From positions 64,001 through 128,000 of the forward strand of contig JBHGAY010000002.1 of assembly GCA_041946735.1 (NCBI GenBank): 64,000 nucleotides of DNA, written 5' to 3'. Shown here one piece after another: positions 19,145-28,240 of this stretch. Every line of letters starts with the position of its first letter. Within the stretch, counting starts at the first letter, position 1. The notes below the pieces were generated by a model. It was not told where the DNA came from. It made no database searches and was given only the letters and a program-made list of their open reading frames with translations. Source of the stretch: Candidatus Eiseniibacteriota bacterium. GTDB lineage: Bacteria; Eisenbacteria; RBG-16-71-46; CAIMUX01; VGJL01. The position numbers were made by a program, and so were the translations under genes.

Positions 19145-19174
19145 ATCGTACGGTCCGGTTCGAAGGAGTGTCAA
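19145..19174 (-). promoter_or_regulatory. Putative sigma70 promoter for the lipoprotein operon
   Basis: Minus strand TTGACA-N18-TACGAT. Confidence 0.7.
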
Positions 19175-19349
19175 CGGAGATTCCCCCTTGGCCTTCAAGC
19201 CGATCGGAGGCCAACGGCAATCCTCCGGCGAGCCCAAACGACCCCGCAGCAACGCACTTGCCCTCTCGGGCCGGCCCGCGCCGACGTCCCTTCCCGCGTC
19301 GTCCGCGAGGACCCCGCTGCGGCGCGGCTCGCCGGCCTGCTCCGCATCG

Positions 19350-20375
19350 TCAGGGAGATTCCCCGGCCCCGGGGTCCGCGCTTGCCAGCTCCCGGAGCAG
19401 GACCGCGACGGCGTTCAAGGTCGGATGGAGGTAGTCGGCGGGGATCGCCGGCCGGCCGAGGGACTTCGGATCGGGCGCGCCGAAGCTGCCATCCGGGTTC
19501 TGGCGCTCCAGGAGCACACGGACCCCTTCCCGGTAGGCGTAGGTGTCCCGCATTCCCGCGACCTGCAGGCAGCAGAGAAGCTCCCCCACGATGTCGATGT
19601 TGTTCAGGACCGAGTAGAGGACGGTGAAGAACGGCCCGACCCGGAGGAGCCAATCGCCCTCCGCCGGAGAGAGATCGAGGCGGGCACCGGTCGCGTAGTC
19701 GGTGTAGGCGAAGATCTCGTGCGTCAGGTAGTACGCGGCGGCCAGGTCCATCGCCGTCTCGTCCGGGCGCGATGCGAGCAGCCCACGCGACCGGAGAGCC
19801 GCCGCATCCACTCCGGGATCGATTCCTGCGGCGGGCAGGTAGACCGCGTAGAGAGCGGCCAACGACGGTGGCACCCGCTGGACCTCCCGCCGCAGCCTCG
19901 CCTCCCTGCTCCGCAGCGCGTCGCCGATCGGCCCGGGGTCCAGACCGTGGATGCGGCAACGCGAGGCGAGAAGCGCGAACTCGGTGAACGCCTCGCTCCC
20001 GCCCGGGGAATCGAGGACCGCGCCGAGCCGGTCACGGTCGAGCGCACGGCGGAGACGCGACTCCACTTCCCGGCGCGCCTCGTCCTTTCGCGGCCCCGGC
20101 CGCTCGAAGACCCAGATGCGATGCCACGTCTCGACCTCCGTCACGAACCGCCGGAAGTCCATCGCGTCGCCGGTGAACGGATCGACCTGCACCGTGCGGA
20201 GCCAGGCCACCGCACGCCCCGCCGAAGCGGCGAGCGGCGCGCGGTCCATCGGGGAGACAGCGCGGGCGCGGCCGGAGGCAAGCAGCAACAGGAGAAGCGA
20301 GGCGAGCCAGAGCCCGCCTCCCGCAGACCCTCGCCGTCTCCTCGCCCGCAGTCGTGATACCCCTCGGCTCCTCAA
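19350..20375 (-). CDS. Secreted alpha/alpha-toroid (prenyltransferase-repeat-like, DUF6895-like) protein
   Basis: Signal peptide, YYLTHEIFAYTDY, DIVGELL, LLERQNPDGSFG (QW-like motif), YLHPT. TTG start overlaps the upstream TGA. Confidence 0.6.
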   Translation of the reverse strand: MRSRGVSRLRARRRRGSAGGGLWLASLLLLLLASGRARAVSPMDRAPLAASAGRAVAWLRTVQVDPFTGDAMDFRRFVTEVETWHRIWVFERPGPRKDEARREVESRLRRALDRDRLGAVLDSPGGSEAFTEFALLASRCRIHGLDPGPIGDALRSREARLRREVQRVPPSLAALYAVYLPAAGIDPGVDAAALRSRGLLASRPDETAMDLAAAYYLTHEIFAYTDYATGARLDLSPAEGDWLLRVGPFFTVLYSVLNNIDIVGELLCCLQVAGMRDTYAYREGVRVLLERQNPDGSFGAPDPKSLGRPAIPADYLHPTLNAVAVLLRELASADPGAGESP

Positions 20376-22075
20376 TGCTTCTCCTCGATTCGGTAGAGCA
20401 GGATCGACGTTCCCGCCCGCCCGGCCGGGCGCTCGCGGCTCGGCCAATCGATCCCCTTCTCCCGCATCCGTATGACGAAATGCGAGCTGATCGCATAGTC
20501 GCCCGGCTCCCGCGCCCCGAGTTGGGCGAGGCTCGCCGGCTCAGCCGGAATACGGTACCAGGCGGGATCCGCGGTTCCGAAGTAGAAGAGCCGGACGCTC
20601 TCGAAGCCCGCCGCGCGCATCGCCGCGGGGAGCTGCTTCAGATCCTGGCCCCAATCGATGTTGACGTCGTCGAGCAGGCGCGGCCCGTTCCTCCACCCGC
20701 CCGCCGGCTCGTTGAAGTAGGCGAGGTAGTGGGGCCACGCGACGGACGTCGTGACGGCGAGCCAGAGAATCGCCGCGGCGGCCGGCAGAGAGCGCCATCG
20801 CCACGGGCGCCACGCGGGAGGAGCGAGGCGGCCGGCACTCACGGTGAGGACGGGAAGGACCGGCAGAACCCGCCGGATTCCGGCAGGTATGGCGTCGGCG
20901 GAAGCGACGGCGAGCAGCAGCAGAGCTGGCAACCACAGCGCCAGTTCCCCGGCAAGGCCCGCGGTTCGACGCCGGAGAAAGAAGACCGACGCGATCCCCA
21001 TGCCGATCACGGGCACCGATCCTTTCAGCGCCAGCACGACGGGATAGTAGTAGGGAATCGGACTTTCTCGGAATGCCCCGAACAGGTACCAGTGATACTC
21101 TCCCGTCCCCTTCACATTCCGGTAGACATTCCCCAGATTCGCGAAGTACCGGCCGGGCTGCGGCGGAAGTCCGAACGCCAGGACGACGAGAAGGGCGGCG
21201 GGCAGCAGCACCCAGCCGGTCCGGATCGCGACGGCCCGCACGCGACCACGCCAGCCGGCTCCCGCCTCCACCCAGCCTCCGCCCGGCTCTCTCCCGCTCG
21301 TGGCCAGCAGCACGGCAGGAACGACGGGAAGCAGCAGGAGCGCCGTGAACTTCGTCAGAAGAGCGAGGCCGAGCGCGACGCCGGCGATGAGCAGCCCCGA
21401 GGGGGAACGACGCCGCGCCCCCCGCCACAGGAGATAGGCGGCGGCAAGCATCGAGGCCGCGCAGGGGAGATCGGCCGAGACGACCCCCGCGAAGGCGATC
21501 AGGTTCGGGGAAAGCGCCGTCAACGCGAGCGTGAGCATCGCGCCCGGCGTTCCCCAGAGATCACGGCTCCATAGCCCTGCGGCCGCGAGCAGGAGCAGGC
21601 CGAACGGAAGGAGGACGGCGAGGCGGCTCGCGAAGAGCACGCGGTCGGCGTCGGCCGCGCCGCCGTAGAGCACCGACGTCGCATACGGATACTCGCGGCC
21701 GAGGCTCTCCTGGAACGGGAGGCGCGAGCCCGGGATCGTGAGACCGGCCGCGCGCGCCCCGAGGCCCGCGAGAGCGCCGACGAGCGGAGGAGCGTCGTCC
21801 TTCATCGTGAAGTCGTGAAGCGTCACCGACGCGAGGCCGCCGACGACGTAGACCGGCTCGTCGAACGTGGCGGAGGTGGTTTGAAGGCTCGTGACGGTGA
21901 AGGCGAGAAAGACGATGCCGCTCAGCAGTATGGAGACGAGCAGGATGCGCCGGGAACCGAGAGCGCGAGCCGGCGCGAACGGCGATTTCGCGCTCCGTTC
22001 TGCCACGCGCTCTTCGCCACGCGCGCCTGTCGTCTCCCGGCCCGCCCCCCGCGCACGCTTCACGCTCCCGCTCAT
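20372..22075 (-). CDS. GT39/PMT-like membrane glycosyltransferase
   Basis: SATFDEPVY, PPL, ALLTKFTALL, YLAYFNE, DVNIDWGQDL, many TM helices. Start uncertain. Confidence 0.85.
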   Translation of the reverse strand: MSGSVKRARGAGRETTGARGEERVAERSAKSPFAPARALGSRRILLVSILLSGIVFLAFTVTSLQTTSATFDEPVYVVGGLASVTLHDFTMKDDAPPLVGALAGLGARAAGLTIPGSRLPFQESLGREYPYATSVLYGGAADADRVLFASRLAVLLPFGLLLLAAAGLWSRDLWGTPGAMLTLALTALSPNLIAFAGVVSADLPCAASMLAAAYLLWRGARRRSPSGLLIAGVALGLALLTKFTALLLLPVVPAVLLATSGREPGGGWVEAGAGWRGRVRAVAIRTGWVLLPAALLVVLAFGLPPQPGRYFANLGNVYRNVKGTGEYHWYLFGAFRESPIPYYYPVVLALKGSVPVIGMGIASVFFLRRRTAGLAGELALWLPALLLLAVASADAIPAGIRRVLPVLPVLTVSAGRLAPPAWRPWRWRSLPAAAAILWLAVTTSVAWPHYLAYFNEPAGGWRNGPRLLDDVNIDWGQDLKQLPAAMRAAGFESVRLFYFGTADPAWYRIPAEPASLAQLGAREPGDYAISSHFVIRMREKGIDWPSRERPAGRAGTSILLYRIEEKH

Positions 22076-22205
22076 TCGCCGGAGTCTAGCCGAGGGCGGG
22101 GCCGAGCGTCCAACAGCGCCGCGTGCCTCCGCGCCGCCGTGCCGCCGCACCGGCCGCGGCGGCCGTCGCGGCCGTGGCGCAGTTCGAGCGAGCGCGGACG
22201 ATACG

Positions 22206-22238
22206 GAAAGGCCCCCGGCTTCGAGCCGGAGGCCTCTC
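22206..22238 (-). terminator. Intrinsic terminator after the 1139-aa gene
   Basis: Minus strand GAGAGGCCTCCGGCT-CGA-AGCCGGGGGCCTTTC hairpin. Confidence 0.65.
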
Positions 22239-22271
22239 CTCGTGCGTGATCTTCCCGAGCGTCCCGAAGGA

Positions 22272-25200
22272 CTACTTCAGGATGACCATCTTCTTGTTGG
22301 AGACGTAGGAACCGGCCTTCATCTGGCTCCAGTACACGCCCGATCCGACCTTCTGGCCGGAGTCGTTCGTGCCGTCCCAGGTGATGGCATGGTTGCCGGC
22401 GTCCATCTTGCCGTCGACGAGCGTCTTCACCAGTCGACCGTTGACGTCGTAGATCAAGAGCTCGACCGGGCCGCTGGAGGCCAGGGCGAACTTGATCGTC
22501 GTCCTCGGGTTGAACGGGTTCGGCTCGTTCTGGAAGAGACGGTTGACCAGCACGTTCCCGCCGTTCTCATCCACACCGGTCGGGATGTTGTACGTCCCTT
22601 GGCAGGTCGCGAGCGCCTCGGCGCTCGTCAGCTTCGGGATCGCCCCGTAGCTGGCCACGCCGAAGCCCCACTTCAGAGCCGCGCCGATCTCGGACAGCGA
22701 AGCCTCCACGATGGACGGCGCATCCGTCGGGCAGACATCGTTGCCCTGACCGGACGGGTTCCGCTTCGCCATGTGGTGCCAGCTGACGCCGTCGACGACG
22801 GTCCGGTAGTTGCCGCTCGCGTTCGAACGGACCACCTGCTCGTAGAAGGCATCCTTCTGACCGTCCTCGGCATGGTAGCTGCGGTTTCCGATCGCGCCGT
22901 TGGTCGGCGAGTAGACGTTGAAACCGAGCAGCGCGGGGCAGTAGTTCCCCCACGCGTCGATATCGAGGTCGGTACCGAACGCGCCACCCTGCACCGGCAT
23001 CAGCCGGACGCAGTACGAGGTGTTCTCCGGGCTGCAATCCGGGTCTGACGAGACGCCGTTGAAAGCGTCGCAGAACAGGATCGCACCGAGCGTGTTGGTC
23101 ATGAACGGCTGACCGTAGAGAGGCCAGTTCTCCAGCATCTCGCCGATCTTGTCTCCGTTCATCACCATCACCTGACGGTTGGTGTTCGCGTTGCAGTCCG
23201 GAGTGACGAGCCACTGATCGAAGAGCTGGAAGTCGACTTCGTCCATAGCACCCGAGCTGTAGGCGCCCGTGTTCACGAGGATCGCCTGGTAGCCGAGCAG
23301 CTGGTTGACGGTCATTCCGGCGTTGCTGCCAGGAATCGGTCCGCGCGCGAACGGGACCTTCCAGTTGGAGGAGCCGTCGAGGTAGTCGTAGCGGTCCCAG
23401 TTCCGGTCACGCGGGATCACGCACCCGTCCTCCTCGAAGCACGGGTCATACCCGTTGAGGACCGTACGGAGAGCGTTCTCGATGTAGAACTGGGCGCCGG
23501 AGTTGATCACGTCGATGTAGAGAGTGGCCGGCTGGTACGCGCAGTAGTTGAATCCTGCGCCTCCGCAGTTCGGCACGTACGCGTCCCGCACGCCCGGCAG
23601 GACCTCGAACTCCAAGAAGAACGAGCCCGTCGTGTCCGGGTAGTAGTACAGGACGTTCGGGGTGTTCGTGTAGTTCGAGGTGATGAAGTACTCGATCTGG
23701 GTCCCCGGATAGAGGATGTCGTCCCAGATCATTTCGGTCTCCGCGTTACCCTCTCCCACGAAGTCGTCGTCGTTCTCGCGGAAGTTCGAGAGGAACGTGT
23801 TCCTCGTCGGAACGGAGCCGACCTGCATCGAGTCCATCCAGCCGAAGGTGAACTGCGGCTTGTAGGGCCGGTCGATCAGCTTGCCGTCGGCGACGCGATC
23901 CTTCCACGTCTTGTAGCGGCTGGTGACGCCGTTCTCCTTGTCGGCCTGGAAGGCGCCGCGGCGAGCGACGCGCCACCACATCCGGGCCTCCCAGCGCTTG
24001 TTGGGGTCGTTGCCCGGGTTCGGGCCGGCCACGACGAGGCTGTCACCCGCCTTGTCGGTCTCTTCCATGTTCTGCATGTTCTTGTCCGTCGCGATGTTCG
24101 CCGGACCAGGAGCGCGAACGTTGAAGAGGTTCGACGGGTAGCTGCCGACATCCTGGAAGCGAGTCCCGTTATTGAAGCTGATGATCGGGGCGTTCACCGC
24201 CGCCTCGGTCACGCCGACCGCCAGGTTGTCGAGGAGCGGCGTATAGTTCGTGATCCCCGTGCAGTTGGTGATCGCGAACGCGGCGCAGTCCGATTGCAGC
24301 TCGTACAGCATCTTGACGTAGCGAGCGTTGGCGGGGACCGGCTCGCCGGCGGTCTCGAGCGTGGTGCCGCCGTAGCGGGACGTCGCGCAGACCGGGTCGG
24401 CGCCGACGTAGTACCACGTGTCGATTCCGATTCGGTCCGACCACCGGACCGCTCCGGTCACCTCACAGACGGAGGGGTAGTATCTCCAGCCTGGCCGGTA
24501 CAGCACGCCGTTCTCGACCGGCAGCTCCGAGTACTGGTCGAATTCCATGAAGATCGTCTTGAGGTTCTCGTTCCCCGTATCGATGATCGGGCTTTCGAGC
24601 ATGATGAGCTGGCCGACCGGGTGCTCGCCCGCGTCCCCCTGTCCGGAGTGCATCTCGAGGACGTTGCCCTCGAGCTTGCAGGCGCACGGATCGAGGATCG
24701 TGTAGGCGCTGACGTCCACGATGTTGACGTAGTCGCCGACCGGGGAGCAGAGCGTCGGGGTCCAGGTGCCGAGACCCGACTCGAAGTTGTAGGTCTGGTT
24801 GATTCCGCCGCCGTTGATCGTGACGTCGTCCGCGCCGAACGGACCCCAGACGGTCGGGTAGGAGCAGTCCTCATCCGACCAGCCGCCGTCGGAGATGAAC
24901 TCGAAGACGATCTTGATGTTCTGGGCGGCGCCGATCTCCGCCTGCGTGATGTTGCGGGTGAAGGTCAGCGGAGCGGAGTACGAACCCAGCGAGTCGGTGA
25001 ACCCGTGGTCCAGCTCCCAGTCCGGGTTGGCGGCGCACTCACCGGCAGGATACGGGTTGAGGAGCAGCTCCTCGTTGTTCTGCCGGCGCATGTACACCTG
25101 GGTTCCGTCGTAGCAGGGCTCGGTGTTGTTGAAGTACTTGAAGCTCAGCGTGACCGTCCCCGAGCCGTTGTAGGCCAGGGGCGCAGACTCCACGCGCTGG

Positions 25201-25691
25201 CACCAGGTGTTGCCGTAGCCGGCTCCGCACGGCCAGCAGAGCGCATCCGCCTGCGGCTTGTCGGCGCCGACCCAGAGGCTGCGGGTGCCGGCGATGATCG
25301 GGGCCGGAACGCCGAGACCCAGGTTCAGGCTCGCGTCGATGGCCTTGAAGTAGGTCGCGATGTTGGCCGTCTCGTCACGAACCGCCCAGCCTTCTCCGTT
25401 CTCGATGACGTTCGGATCGCCGAAAGGACCGTTGCCGCGATCGAACGTCCACATGACCGACTCTTTGCTCAGGCTGGACCTCGCATAGTACTGGCCGCCG
25501 ATGATCTGGAAGTCGCCGTACCACGTGGTGTCGGCGCGCAGCACATCGGTGACGCGCACCGGGATGTCGCTGCCCTGATCAGCAGGCGTCAGCCAGCGGC
25601 TTGCCGGAAGCGTGCCTTCCGTCGATACCGCGAATGCCGACACCGCCGTCAGGAGCAGGAGCCCGGCAAGGATGGGAAGAGTAACCCTCAT
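22272..25691 (-). CDS. Large Cys-rich secreted protein with FlgD-Ig / T9SS type A-like C-terminal domain
   Basis: Signal peptide MRVTLPILAGLLLLTAVSAFA; C-terminus LFQNEPNPFNPRTTIKF..IYDVNGRLVKTL..WDGTNDSGQKVGSGVYWSQM..KKMVILK; GGAGG SD. Confidence 0.9.
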   Translation of the reverse strand: MRVTLPILAGLLLLTAVSAFAVSTEGTLPASRWLTPADQGSDIPVRVTDVLRADTTWYGDFQIIGGQYYARSSLSKESVMWTFDRGNGPFGDPNVIENGEGWAVRDETANIATYFKAIDASLNLGLGVPAPIIAGTRSLWVGADKPQADALCWPCGAGYGNTWCQRVESAPLAYNGSGTVTLSFKYFNNTEPCYDGTQVYMRRQNNEELLLNPYPAGECAANPDWELDHGFTDSLGSYSAPLTFTRNITQAEIGAAQNIKIVFEFISDGGWSDEDCSYPTVWGPFGADDVTINGGGINQTYNFESGLGTWTPTLCSPVGDYVNIVDVSAYTILDPCACKLEGNVLEMHSGQGDAGEHPVGQLIMLESPIIDTGNENLKTIFMEFDQYSELPVENGVLYRPGWRYYPSVCEVTGAVRWSDRIGIDTWYYVGADPVCATSRYGGTTLETAGEPVPANARYVKMLYELQSDCAAFAITNCTGITNYTPLLDNLAVGVTEAAVNAPIISFNNGTRFQDVGSYPSNLFNVRAPGPANIATDKNMQNMEETDKAGDSLVVAGPNPGNDPNKRWEARMWWRVARRGAFQADKENGVTSRYKTWKDRVADGKLIDRPYKPQFTFGWMDSMQVGSVPTRNTFLSNFRENDDDFVGEGNAETEMIWDDILYPGTQIEYFITSNYTNTPNVLYYYPDTTGSFFLEFEVLPGVRDAYVPNCGGAGFNYCAYQPATLYIDVINSGAQFYIENALRTVLNGYDPCFEEDGCVIPRDRNWDRYDYLDGSSNWKVPFARGPIPGSNAGMTVNQLLGYQAILVNTGAYSSGAMDEVDFQLFDQWLVTPDCNANTNRQVMVMNGDKIGEMLENWPLYGQPFMTNTLGAILFCDAFNGVSSDPDCSPENTSYCVRLMPVQGGAFGTDLDIDAWGNYCPALLGFNVYSPTNGAIGNRSYHAEDGQKDAFYEQVVRSNASGNYRTVVDGVSWHHMAKRNPSGQGNDVCPTDAPSIVEASLSEIGAALKWGFGVASYGAIPKLTSAEALATCQGTYNIPTGVDENGGNVLVNRLFQNEPNPFNPRTTIKFALASSGPVELLIYDVNGRLVKTLVDGKMDAGNHAITWDGTNDSGQKVGSGVYWSQMKAGSYVSNKKMVILK

Positions 25692-26120
25692 GATCGATGC
25701 CTCCGTCTCTCCTTGGGTCGACTACGGAGGAAGCTCGGCCTCTCGCTGCAGCAGAGAGTGAGCCCTCCGCAAACTACGCCCTAGATTCTCTCGGCTGGGT
25801 CAGGGGATCCGGGGATCGTCCGTCCGCCGGTAGGGGAGGGACACCGGAGCCCAGGCTCTCCCTGCTCCGTCCGTCAAAGGACTTCGCATCACCTCCCCGG
25901 AGTCAACCGGCGGACCTGTGGAGAACAGGCTCCGCATGATTGACGGCAACGGACCCCAAGCGCCACGCGGACGGCTCCGCCAAGCGGTCCGCCGTTCGCA
26001 GTCTTCGTTCGCTCCGCGGTTTGCGACTCCCACAGGGAGTTCCGCACGCGAAGGGGGGACCCTGTGCACCTAGAAGTCAGATCCGCGATGCTTACGAGCA
26101 CAGTCCGGTAGGTCAGCCTG
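25692..26120 (-). promoter_or_regulatory. Long structured 5' leader with alternative SD-sequestering pairing
   Basis: Several nested stems. CCUCCGU (25730-25724) can pair with the SD-containing ACGGAGG (25706-25700) or with GCGGAGG (25770-25764). Confidence 0.55.
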
Positions 26121-26126
26121 TGGGGA

Positions 26127-26155
26127 AGTATAGGAACGGCCCAGGAGGGAGTCAA
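26127..26155 (-). promoter_or_regulatory. Putative strong sigma70 promoter
   Basis: Minus strand TTGACT-N17-TATACT. Confidence 0.75.
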
Positions 26156-26231
26156 TAGACCAAGATCCTTGGGCTTTTCGGATTGTTCCTCTTTCGATGT
26201 CTTTCGGTGCTTCGGCCGTCTCCGGGAGCCT

Positions 26232-27434
26232 CTAGGCGTCTCTCGGCGCCGCCTCGAGCGCCGCACGCTCGACGACCCAGAAAGGCACCTGATGACGTTC
26301 GGCGGCTGCCCGGACATCCTCGAACTCGACCATCGGCCGCGGAATCCCCCCAGGCCGGCTCCACTTGATCCGAATGTCCCCAAAGGGAGTCGCGACCGGC
26401 TCGATCCGCCGGAGCAGCTCCCGCCGTTCCTCGCGGCGCATCCGCAGCCCCAGACTGGTCGTTTCGCGGAGCAGGCAGGCGGCGAGGTTCTCCTCGTCCT
26501 CCGGCCGGCAGAGAACGGTCAGGAGCACCCCTTGCCGGCCTTTCTTCATCGCTACGGCCGTCCGGAAGACCTCGAGGGCCCCCGCCTCCTCGAGCCGGCG
26601 GACCGCCTCCGCGATCTGCCTTGGCTCCTGATCGTCGACGTTCGCTTCGAGGATCGACACGAACCCCGCCTCGATCTCCGCTTCGCGGTTCTCACCCTTG
26701 CTCGCCGAAGAGTCTCCTTTCACGGAACGTCCAAGGAGCAGCCGTACAATGTTCGGTCTCCCCTCGAGCTTCCGCGTTCCCGCACCGATCCCGACCCTCT
26801 CGAGGACGATCGAAGGGGGAGGCCCGAAGGAGTGCACCAGCCCGCCGAGAATCAGCGCGCCTGTCGGTGTGAGCCACTCCCCCTCGAACGGAAGCCAGCG
26901 GAGCGGCAGGCCCTCGAGGAGGTGCAGAGTGGCCGGGGCGGGCAAGGGCAGGAGGCCGTGATCGGTCTGCATCTCCCCGCGGCTGACCGGAACCGGCCCG
27001 CTGGCCAGCCGGTCGATCCCGAGCGCCTCGAGGCCGGCGACGGCGAGGACGATGTCCGCGATCGAGTCGATCGCCCCCAGCTCATGGAAGTGGACCCGGT
27101 CGGGCACCGTGCCGTGGACGCGCGCCTCCGCCTCGCCAAGCCTCTCGAACAGAGAGAGGCTCCTCGCCTTGACCGTAGCGGGGAGCCGGGAGCCTTCGAG
27201 AAGCCTCCGGATCTCCACGAGCGACCGCGCCGGCGGCTCCTCGGCCGCTTCGACCCGGATGCCAAGCCCCACGATCCCCTGGTGCGTCCGACGCTCGACA
27301 GTCACGCGGATCTCGGGCGCCCCGATCGCCTCGATGGCGCCGCGCATCGCCTCCTCGGGCCAGCCGGCGTCAAGGAGCGCGCCGACCATCATGTCGCCGG
27401 CGAGGCCGACGGTGAGATCGAGATAGGCCTGCAT
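26232..27434 (-). CDS. larC: Nickel pincer cofactor biosynthesis protein LarC
   Basis: GLAGDMMVGALLDAG, AEARVHG..VHFHELGAIDSIADI, PAPATL, TPTGA, EANVDD, MKKGR, ETTSLGLR. Confidence 0.95.
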   Translation of the reverse strand: MQAYLDLTVGLAGDMMVGALLDAGWPEEAMRGAIEAIGAPEIRVTVERRTHQGIVGLGIRVEAAEEPPARSLVEIRRLLEGSRLPATVKARSLSLFERLGEAEARVHGTVPDRVHFHELGAIDSIADIVLAVAGLEALGIDRLASGPVPVSRGEMQTDHGLLPLPAPATLHLLEGLPLRWLPFEGEWLTPTGALILGGLVHSFGPPPSIVLERVGIGAGTRKLEGRPNIVRLLLGRSVKGDSSASKGENREAEIEAGFVSILEANVDDQEPRQIAEAVRRLEEAGALEVFRTAVAMKKGRQGVLLTVLCRPEDEENLAACLLRETTSLGLRMRREERRELLRRIEPVATPFGDIRIKWSRPGGIPRPMVEFEDVRAAAERHQVPFWVVERAALEAAPRDA

Positions 27435-27459
27435 GAACGATCCTCCTCCCTGGTGTCCC

Positions 27460-27524
27460 CACGGGGCTCTCCCGCGGCTGTCCCGCGGCTGTTCTGCGCT
27501 GTTCCGGGGCTGTTCCGGGGCTCC
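27460..27524. repeat. ~11-bp degenerate intergenic tandem repeat x6
   Basis: cacggggctct/cccgcggctgt/cccgcggctgt/tctgcgctgt/tccggggctgt/tccggggctcc. Confidence 0.75.
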
Positions 27525-27577
27525 TCGGGCGACGGCTCAGGATCGGGGATCTTCGTGTCGGGGGGAAGAGAGGAGAG

Positions 27578-28225
27578 TCAGGAGGACGAGAGGAGAGCCG
27601 TCGCGTCGGCGCGGATCGCTTCCGCGAGGGCATCGACCGGCAGAGTCCCATCCAGGACGTGAACTCGTTCCGGCTCCCGGCCGGCGATCGTCAGGTAGGC
27701 GCGCCGCACCCTTCGGTGAAACTCGATCGCCTCGCTTTCCAGGCGGTCCGGCGCGCCGCCACGCGACCGCACCCGCAGGGCTCCGTCCTCAGGCGCCAGA
27801 TCGATGAGCCAGGTCCGCTCGGGCTTCAGTCCGCCCGTCGTCCAGTGGACGAACGAGCGAGTGGCGGCGATGCCGAGCCTTCGTCCGCCCCCTTGATAGG
27901 CGACCGTCGCGTCGCCGAAGCGATCGGCGAGCACTATCGCGCCGCGATCGAGGGCGGGACGGATGACGCGCGAAACGAGCTGCGCGCGCGCGGCAAGGTA
28001 GAGGAACAGCTCCGACCGCGGATCGATCGGCTCGCTCTCCTGGGAGAGGACGATCGCGCGAAGCCGCTCGCCGAGATCGGTCCCGCCCGGCTCGCGTACC
28101 GCGACGACGTCACGCCCGCTCGAGCGAAGCCAGGCGAGGAGGATCTCCGCCTGCGTCGTCTTGCCCGCCCCCTCGACCCCTTCGAGCGTCCAGAACCGCC
28201 CGCGCGCGCCTCGCTCCACGTTCAT
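27578..28225 (-). CDS. tmk: Thymidylate kinase
   Basis: EGVEGAGKTTQ P-loop, REPGGT, LYLAARAQ, DRFGDATVAYQG, DRLE. Confidence 0.97.
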   Translation of the reverse strand: MNVERGARGRFWTLEGVEGAGKTTQAEILLAWLRSSGRDVVAVREPGGTDLGERLRAIVLSQESEPIDPRSELFLYLAARAQLVSRVIRPALDRGAIVLADRFGDATVAYQGGGRRLGIAATRSFVHWTTGGLKPERTWLIDLAPEDGALRVRSRGGAPDRLESEAIEFHRRVRRAYLTIAGREPERVHVLDGTLPVDALAEAIRADATALLSSS

Positions 28226-28240
28226 CGCCGGCCCGTCCGG

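Noticed and set aside
25930..26050. c-di-GMP-I riboswitch in the long leader (GCAAACC seen on the minus strand)
   Set aside because: Lacks the GNRA-capped P2 and the following GCAAAG/P3 arrangement
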